Shown piece by piece: positions 56,950 through 64,000 of a DNA stretch of 64,000 nt. Both the position numbers and the translations under genes were made by a program. The DNA is from Patescibacteria group bacterium. Its GTDB lineage: Bacteria > Patescibacteriota > Patescibacteriia > Patescibacteriales > UBA12465. The notes beneath the pieces are model-generated. The model was not told the DNA's origin. It did no database searches and was given only the letters and a program-made list of their open reading frames with translations. Each line of letters begins with the position of its first letter. Positions within the stretch are counted from its first letter, which is position 1. Where the stretch lies: NCBI GenBank assembly GCA_041651355.1, contig JBAZJK010000001.1:683888-747887 (forward strand), written 5' to 3'.

Positions 56950-57858
56950 TTACTCCTGCACAATGTAGGCTTTTGCCTGATCTTTTTCTGTTACCCGTAT
57001 CACCGGATCCTGCGGAGTAACAATCTTCTCCAAATTGGCACGGCGCTTCAAGCCATCTTCGCCATAAAATTCTATGACAAAGTTTTGAAAGCCGTAACTC
57101 AGCTGAAGTTTTTTCTTACATCTGCCTCCAGGGGAGATGGCGTAGCCCGAGAAGATTCCGTTTGTAATAACAAACTTTGTCTTCGTATCATTATACATAT
57201 AGAGCTTCGTTTTATCCCTCATGGCTATCCCAAAATCTGAGTTCTTAACATCAAGGACAACCATGTCCTGAGTTATAATCCTGGTCACAACAATTTGGCG
57301 GAGTTGTTTGTTGTCAGCTGTGTCGGTAAAGATGATAGGGAAATTAAGGACGCCGGTTGAAACCGTTATAGAAAACTTGGACGTATCCAAAGGCTGGATA
57401 GCCACGTTCTTGAATGGTCCCGACAGGGCGGCAAAGGCTTTATCTGACCCGTTAAACAATTTTAGGTTGACCTGGGTGCCAGAATTATCTGCCGGCTGAC
57501 TGCTTGGCAAGTTAGAAACTACAGGGTTTTCGGGGCGGGCAGGAGCCACCGTTTTAACATAGGTGTTAACCAGGCCACTGCCCGTTTTTTCCAACACAAT
57601 CTGGCAATCTCCTGCCTTCTTAGTGATGGTGGTTTTTTTGAGAGCGTCGCCCTCAACATACATAATATTCAGAGTGACCTCCTGCTCGCAGCTGAGGCCG
57701 GGAAGGGTTGTAACTTCGCCGCTACGAGCGACGACTTTGTTTACCTGGACCATTTTGATCCCCTTTACGGTTACCGTCACCTGAGCGACAGCATAATTAG
57801 CCAGAATCCCAAACAGGACTACGGTGGCAATAACGAACGATTTCATAGTGTTCTTCAT
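56950..57858 (-). CDS. Hypothetical secreted protein (302 aa)
   Basis: Signal peptide MKNTMKSFVIATVVLFGILANYAVAQ. No recognisable family. Confidence 0.45.
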   Translation of the reverse strand: MKNTMKSFVIATVVLFGILANYAVAQVTVTVKGIKMVQVNKVVARSGEVTTLPGLSCEQEVTLNIMYVEGDALKKTTITKKAGDCQIVLEKTGSGLVNTYVKTVAPARPENPVVSNLPSSQPADNSGTQVNLKLFNGSDKAFAALSGPFKNVAIQPLDTSKFSITVSTGVLNFPIIFTDTADNKQLRQIVVTRIITQDMVVLDVKNSDFGIAMRDKTKLYMYNDTKTKFVITNGIFSGYAISPGGRCKKKLQLSYGFQNFVIEFYGEDGLKRRANLEKIVTPQDPVIRVTEKDQAKAYIVQE

Positions 57859-58216
57859 GTTACTGGTTTTATTTTTTGTTTCTGATTATTCTGATTATGC
57901 GGTAATTTTGCCAAAGGCAAAAAACTAATGGGGTTTATATATAGGAGGCTTCTAAAAGCTTATTGTCTTCAATTTTAAAGGTACTATTTTGACCTTCAAA
58001 TTTAGCATACTTTATTATTTTTGTCAATGTTATAATGCATAATCTAGAATATACAGAATATATTTGCTAATAATAAATAAAATATCGCTATTTATTAATA
58101 CCGGTTTAACGATTTCAACAAGCGTATAAGGATGAAGAGAAAAACTCCTCTCTTTTCTCTTCTTTCCCAATCTTTTAAGGGTCTAGATCATGATTTATAA
58201 AAATATAAAAATTCCC

Positions 58217-58245
58217 TTGACATGGTTTTTAAAATAATATAATAT
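58217..58245 (+). promoter_or_regulatory. Candidate sigma-70-type promoter for the 16S rRNA gene
   Basis: TTGACA (58217-58222), 17-nt spacer, TAATAT (58240-58245), about 255 nt upstream of the 16S start, followed by leader stem-loops. Confidence 0.35.
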
Positions 58246-58497
58246 ATGGTTATTAAAAATAAAACAGAATAAATCTATAAAAAACAAGATATTTTCATGT
58301 ATCTCTGTTTTTTTCTAACTTTATTTTTAAGATCATTAAAAAATGAATTTTGGTGAGAACCCAGGAAAAATCCTGGGTAATCAAATTGTGATGCTAATCG
58401 GCATCAATTCGGATAACAAAATTTTTATCTGTTTCTGAAACAGATTACTATATAAATGCGTAAGCATTTATCAGGAGCTAACCTGATCAAAAACTTT

Positions 58498-59978
<1,481 letters not shown>

Positions 59979-60099
59979 AGGGAGAAAATTTTTCTTCTCC
60001 ACGTGGGAAGAAAAATAGTCGACATTATTAGTCGAAAGACTAGTGGTGAAAACCGAGTTGGTGCCGATTAGACTCATAAAACAAAATTCATTTTACAAA

Positions 60100-60127
60100 A
60101 AACAAGCTTTTCAGGCTTGTTTTTTGT
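60100..60127 (+). terminator. Rho-independent terminator about 125 nt after the 16S 3' end
   Basis: caagc-ttttcag-gcttg followed by T6. Confidence 0.5.
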
Positions 60128-60223
60128 TTCCCTCCCTAGCTTGACAAAAATTCATTTAAACACTAAATTAAGAGCACAAAAAACTGATCTTTAAAACATA
60201 TATTAATAACCAAACCCCACCCC

Positions 60224-60799
60224 ATGAAAGAAAATTATTGGAAACCGCCGCTAGCTTTTGCCTGCGGACTAGCCATTGCCCTAGCTTTCTGCCTAGTTAA
60301 GCTACCAGAAACGCAAATTACTTCAGCCCCACATTTACAAATAATTATCCTCCCTTACCTATTCCTGTATATTATCATTAATCGTTCGCCCGAACTTAAG
60401 TCTTACGGACCGCCATTCTTAGTCTTGGCAACCCTAATGACATTGGGGAGTGATATCATCGATGGCGAACGTGGCTGGGCAATCTTCCAATTCATATTCG
60501 TGGTGCTGGCCATAACCATGATGGTCAACCTCGATTATAAAGAATTATCGAAGAATAAAAAGCATGCCTTTTGGCTGCCAACGGTAATTTTGGCCGAGCT
60601 AGCTTTAGTCCAATTCAGTATTAACGGACAGGGAAAGATAGTGATCGCTATTTCAGCCATAACCCTACCATTGATCACAAGTGCGATTGAATATGCCAAA
60701 CAAAAATTTAATCGAGCCAGCCTGTTTGCCAAAAGTAATGAAAAAGATGATACAAAAAACCAAAACCTCACTAACCATGAAAAATTTTCTGCTTCTTAG
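60224..60799 (+). CDS. Hypothetical polytopic membrane protein (191 aa)
   Basis: 4-5 hydrophobic helices. No recognisable family. Confidence 0.4.
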   Translation: MKENYWKPPLAFACGLAIALAFCLVKLPETQITSAPHLQIIILPYLFLYIIINRSPELKSYGPPFLVLATLMTLGSDIIDGERGWAIFQFIFVVLAITMMVNLDYKELSKNKKHAFWLPTVILAELALVQFSINGQGKIVIAISAITLPLITSAIEYAKQKFNRASLFAKSNEKDDTKNQNLTNHEKFSAS

Positions 60800-61295
60800 C
60801 CTCTTTCTGGCGGTAGCGAACCTTGAGGCGCAAATCCTGCCAGATATCGAAAGTTTTGACGGCGCAATCTTAAGGAGTGTGCCGGCACTTAAAAAAGCAG
60901 CGCAGAAAGAACTGCGATTTGCTTCCTTGGTGGCCGGTTTTGAACAATTCTCTGTTTCTGAAAATAGAGCTATCGGCGGACCAATGTTTATCATCTCTGG
61001 CTCCGCTTGCCAAATTTCCATTTTCTGCGGCAGAAACAAGGCTCGTGATGAATGGATAGAAACTGATTATTCCACCCTGAAAAGAGTGGGTGATTTCTAT
61101 GTCGTCATTGAAACCGATGAGACGGAAAACATATACTGGCGAGACAGGCACGGCAACGGCTACTTCATCATTTATAATGAATTCGGGCCCATTATTTTTA
61201 ATGGCGATAGCTACTCCCTGATGAATGAAAACGAGGTAAAAGCATTAAAGGAGAACGTAGCTAATATCCTAAAGATCATCCGCAATGGCACCTAA
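60777..61295 (+). CDS. Hypothetical secreted protein (start moved to the signal-peptide Met; the ORF track starts at 60681)
   Basis: MKNFLLLSLFLAVANLEAQ signal peptide. Overlaps the preceding gene by 23 nt. Confidence 0.4.
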   Translation: MKNFLLLSLFLAVANLEAQILPDIESFDGAILRSVPALKKAAQKELRFASLVAGFEQFSVSENRAIGGPMFIISGSACQISIFCGRNKARDEWIETDYSTLKRVGDFYVVIETDETENIYWRDRHGNGYFIIYNEFGPIIFNGDSYSLMNENEVKALKENVANILKIIRNGT

Positions 61296-61317
61296 ACTTC
61301 TTTTTATAAACACAAAC

Positions 61318-61352
61318 AAAAAAGTTCCTGACTTAAGCCGGAACTTTTTTTA
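61318..61352. terminator. Bidirectional terminator between 60777..61295 (+) and trpS (-)
   Basis: agttcc-tgacttaagcc-ggaact flanked by A6 and T7. Confidence 0.55.
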
Positions 61353-61362
61353 TTTTCTAAAC

Positions 61363-62376
61363 CTAGATTAAACCGATTGCCTTTTTCACCTGGATCAACT
61401 TCTGGCTAGCCACTAGCTTGGCTTGTTTAGCCCCGGATGCCAGAATCTTTTCTGCCTGTTTATCAGAAATCATACTATACCTCTTCTGAAATTCGGACAT
61501 GAACTCAAGCGTCACTACAGCTAGATCGTGTTTGAAATCACCATAGCCGTGGCCAAAATATTTTTTTTCTATCTCTTTAACACTGAGTCCGCTGAGCAAA
61601 GAATATATGCTTATGAGATTAGAGATGGCCGGCTTGTTCTGGCGATCATATTTTATTTCGCTACCCGAATCGGTCACGGCTCGCATGATTTTCCTCTTAA
61701 TAACTTCCGGGCTGTCAGTAAGGCCCAAAAAATTAGCTGGGCTATCGGCGCTTTTGCTCATTTTTTTACTAGGGTCATCAAGCCCCATAATCCTAGCCCC
61801 TTCTTTCCTGACTTTATAGTCTGGGACCTTGAAAGTGTCCTGAAAATCATTATTGAAACGTTTGGCTAAATCACGGGCTAATTCAACGTGTTGAATCTGG
61901 TCATCTCCGACCGGCACTAAATCTGCATTATACAGGAGAATATCAGCCGCCATTAACACTGGGTAATCAAAAAGGCCCACCGAAACATTTTCCCCATGTT
62001 TCAAGGATTTATCTTTAAATTGAGTCATTTTCTTCAGGTCGGAAACCCGGGCGCTAGTGCAATTTAAAATCCAAGCTAGCTCTGTATGTTCCGAGACTAA
62101 AGATTGTTGGAAAATAACGGATTTTTTGGGGTCAATCCCGGCAGCTAAGTAGATCTTGGTGAGCTCAAGAATTTTTTTGCGTAACTCTTCAGGATTTTGC
62201 TTAACGGTAATCGCGTGGTAATCTACGATGCAAAAAAAACAATCATACTCTTTCTGCAGGTCTACCCATTGAGTAATAGCTCCTAAATAATTACCGATAT
62301 GCAAGTGCCCGCTAGGCTGGATGCCGGAAAAGATAATTGGTTTCATATATTTATACATTATATCTCCTATTATCAT
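61363..62376 (-). CDS. trpS: Tryptophanyl-tRNA synthetase
   Basis: IFSGIQPSGHLHIGNYLGAI (HIGH), KMSKSADS (KMSKS), about 330 aa. Confidence 0.85.
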   Translation of the reverse strand: MIIGDIMYKYMKPIIFSGIQPSGHLHIGNYLGAITQWVDLQKEYDCFFCIVDYHAITVKQNPEELRKKILELTKIYLAAGIDPKKSVIFQQSLVSEHTELAWILNCTSARVSDLKKMTQFKDKSLKHGENVSVGLFDYPVLMAADILLYNADLVPVGDDQIQHVELARDLAKRFNNDFQDTFKVPDYKVRKEGARIMGLDDPSKKMSKSADSPANFLGLTDSPEVIKRKIMRAVTDSGSEIKYDRQNKPAISNLISIYSLLSGLSVKEIEKKYFGHGYGDFKHDLAVVTLEFMSEFQKRYSMISDKQAEKILASGAKQAKLVASQKLIQVKKAIGLI

Positions 62377-62461
62377 AATTTAATTGCCTGGTTTTGGCAA
62401 ACCTGCTAATCGAAATATAAGTTGAAAAAATAAAAGGATTGTGTTAATTTAAAAGCATTCT

Positions 62462-62532
62462 CGGGGTGTAGTATACCGGTAGTACGCATGCATGGGGTGC
62501 ATGTAGACCGGGTTCAATTCCCGGCACCCCGA
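62462..62532 (+). tRNA. tRNA-Pro (anticodon GGG)
   Basis: Manual fold gives acceptor CGGGGTG/CACCCCG, anticodon stem CATGC/GCATG, loop ATGGGGT and T loop TTCAATT. Confidence 0.7.
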
Positions 62533-62546
62533 CAAATAGTCGCAAG

Positions 62547-62619
62547 GGGCTTGTAGCTCATCTGGTAGAGCGCTGCCTTCGCATGGCAGAGGTAAGGGGT
62601 TCGATTCCCCTCAAGTCCA
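62547..62619 (+). tRNA. tRNA-Ala (anticodon CGC) with G3:U70
   Basis: Acceptor GGGCTTG/CAAGTCC includes the G3:U70 Ala identity pair. D arm GCTC-ATCTGGTA-GAGC, anticodon loop TTCGCAT, T arm AGGGG-TTCGATT-CCCCT. Confidence 0.8.
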
Positions 62620-62633
62620 CAGAATCTAAAATA

Positions 62634-62704
62634 CGGGCTGTGGTATAGTGGTATTACGCACGCTTCGGGTGCGTGTAATCCCGGTTCGATTCCGGGCAGC
62701 CCGA
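62634..62704 (+). tRNA. tRNA-Pro (anticodon CGG)
   Basis: Acceptor CGGGCTG/CAGCCCG, anticodon stem CACGC/GCGTG, loop TTCGGGT, T arm CCCGG-TTCGATT-CCGGG. Confidence 0.7.
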
Positions 62705-62710
62705 CTGATA

Positions 62711-62746
62711 AAAAAACATTTTTCTTCCAAAAAAATGTTTTTTTAT
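62711..62746 (+). terminator. Terminator after the tRNA cluster
   Basis: aaaaacattttt-cttcc-aaaaatgttttt followed by a T tract. Confidence 0.5.
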
Positions 62747-62870
62747 TCCTAAAATTTTTATAAAATCCGGTAGAAAAGTAATTTGCCAAAAGCTAATTTT
62801 ACTCCTATAATATCTAAGTGAAACTTAGATGAATTCAAAACTAACGGGTTTGAATTATTTTTTATTATTT

Positions 62871-64000
62871 ATGATAGATTTCAAACAAAAAATGGAAGAA
62901 GAGCAGAAGCAAGCTAATCCTGGCTATGATCCAGAATGGGAGAAACTTTTAGCCGCCAGTAAAAAAAGACGGAGACTGATTACTTATATCATCGCTTTAG
63001 TCGCCATCGGCATTATCTTTACAGGTAGGGTTATTATGTCTAGCCAAAGCGCTAGCGGCTGGTTTGGCGAAAATTCCTGGTTTGGAAAATTAAAACATCT
63101 AACCGGCATCTCTGACAATAAATTAAAAGGCGAAGAAGACGACCGGGTCAACATTCTTCTGCTTGGCATGGGCGGCTCGAACCATGAAGGCGGATATTTA
63201 ACCGACACGATCATGCTCGCGAGCCTAAAACCATCGACCGGGCAAGTCGCCTTAATTTCCATTCCGCGTGATCTCACTGTACCGATAGGGAATTCCGGCT
63301 GGAGAAAAATCAATAATATCAATGCCTTAGCCGAAGCTAAAAATCCAGGTAGCGGTAGCCAGGCAAGCATCGATGCCCTCAGCGATCTCCTAGGCATACC
63401 GATTAAATATTACGTTAGGGCTGACTTTGCTGGATTCGTCGAGGTAATCAATGAATTGGGAGGTATCGAAGTTAATGTCGAAAACGTTCTTAACGACTAT
63501 GAATACCCCATCATGGGCCAAGAAGATAACCCCAACTATTACGCCCGCTATGAACATCTTTATATACCGACCGGCCCGCAAAAAATGGATGGAGAGCTAG
63601 CCCTAAAATATGCCAGAAGCCGTCATGCTGCCGGAGCAGAGGGTTCGGACTTCGCCCGCTCCAGAAGGCAGCAGCTGATAATGGAGGCGGTTAAGGAAAA
63701 ACTATTATCCCGCGACAATCTACTCAAACCAGTAATGATCGCTAAGATTATCAATCAATTGGAAACCCATATAAGCACTAACTTAGAAATCTGGGAAATG
63801 GTCAGGCTCTGGGATCTCACGAAGAATATCGGCCGCGATAATATCATCAATAAAGTCATCGACAACAGCCCGGATAGCTTCCTGATCGACTCTCGAGGTG
63901 AAGACGGCGCCTATATATTAGTGCCGCGCAGCGGAAATTTCACCCAAATAAAGAATTTCGTACAGAATATATTCGGTGATAATAATTCTAAGGAAGATGG
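62871..64000 (+). CDS. LytR-CpsA-Psr (LCP) family protein, N-terminal about 376 aa; continues beyond the window end
   Basis: N-terminal TM, then RVNILLLGMGG...GYLTDTIMLASLKPSTGQVALISIPRDL and KMDGELALKYARSRH, the core LCP motifs. It is not in the ORF track because there is no stop in the window. Confidence 0.8.
   Translation, partial: MIDFKQKMEEEQKQANPGYDPEWEKLLAASKKRRRLITYIIALVAIGIIFTGRVIMSSQSASGWFGENSWFGKLKHLTGISDNKLKGEEDDRVNILLLGMGGSNHEGGYLTDTIMLASLKPSTGQVALISIPRDLTVPIGNSGWRKINNINALAEAKNPGSGSQASIDALSDLLGIPIKYYVRADFAGFVEVINELGGIEVNVENVLNDYEYPIMGQEDNPNYYARYEHLYIPTGPQKMDGELALKYARSRHAAGAEGSDFARSRRQQLIMEAVKEKLLSRDNLLKPVMIAKIINQLETHISTNLEIWEMVRLWDLTKNIGRDNIINKVIDNSPDSFLIDSRGEDGAYILVPRSGNFTQIKNFVQNIFGDNNSKED

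Noticed and set aside
59979-60223. Expected 16S-23S spacer with tRNA-Ile/Ala and a downstream 23S
   Set aside because: The sequence after the 16S 3' end has no tRNA-like cloverleaf and ends in a terminator hairpin at 60100..60127 followed by protein-coding genes, so the 16S is unlinked.
62514-62789. 91-aa minus-strand ORF in the six-frame track
   Set aside because: It lies antisense across the three well-folding plus-strand tRNAs (Pro, Ala, Pro) and their terminator. It is almost certainly a non-coding artefact.
62984-63581. Minus-strand ORFs 62984..63397 and 63390..63581
   Set aside because: They are antisense to a continuous plus-strand ORF with unambiguous LCP-family motifs (RVNILLLGMGG...ISIPRDL) that runs to the window end.

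Overview
This 64-kb window looks like a small, AT-rich bacterial genome of the Candidate Phyla Radiation (Patescibacteria) type. It has a divergent but complete 16S rRNA that is not linked to a 23S/5S, dense housekeeping genes mostly on the minus strand, short intergenic spacers with clear hairpin terminators, and few strong Shine-Dalgarno sites. Standard code gives long uninterrupted ORFs, so there is no sign of UGA recoding.

Recognisable genes: ftsA (partial), prepilin peptidase, secDF, clpP, tyrS, trpS, two hisS-like genes, queA, lepB, ruvB, a UvrD-type helicase fused to a Cas4/AddB-like nuclease, an M16 peptidase, radC, rmuC, mscL, gyrA, ndk, a small Rel/SpoT, rpsU, an LCP-family gene, tRNA-His and a Pro-Ala-Pro tRNA cluster.

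Two regions stand out.

(1) 21.5-36.2 kb: an operon-like run of four head-to-tail genes totalling about 4,900 aa of secreted, extremely cysteine-rich proteins. Two of them begin with a conserved VirB2/TrbC-like (T4SS-pilin-like) two-helix membrane domain. The ectodomains carry IPT/TIG, FN3 and myxo-type CGDG..E.CD cysteine repeats plus tandem modules. Just upstream sit a protein with a T9SS-type C-terminal sorting domain and two paralogous membrane-anchored proteins with thrombospondin-type-3 calcium-binding repeats. Together these form a candidate host-attachment or surface-filament island, which I consider the most novel system in the window.

(2) 6.9-12.3 kb: a histidine-themed block. A HAL-family ammonia-lyase (hutH-like, with an unusual Ser-Ser-Gly in place of the Ala-Ser-Gly MIO triad) lies 2 bp downstream of a divergent HisRS paralog, so the two are probably co-transcribed. 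Upstream, behind their own terminators, are a long-form urocanase (hutU) and tRNA-His(GUG). A second, more canonical hisS elsewhere in the window makes the paralog look dedicated to something else.
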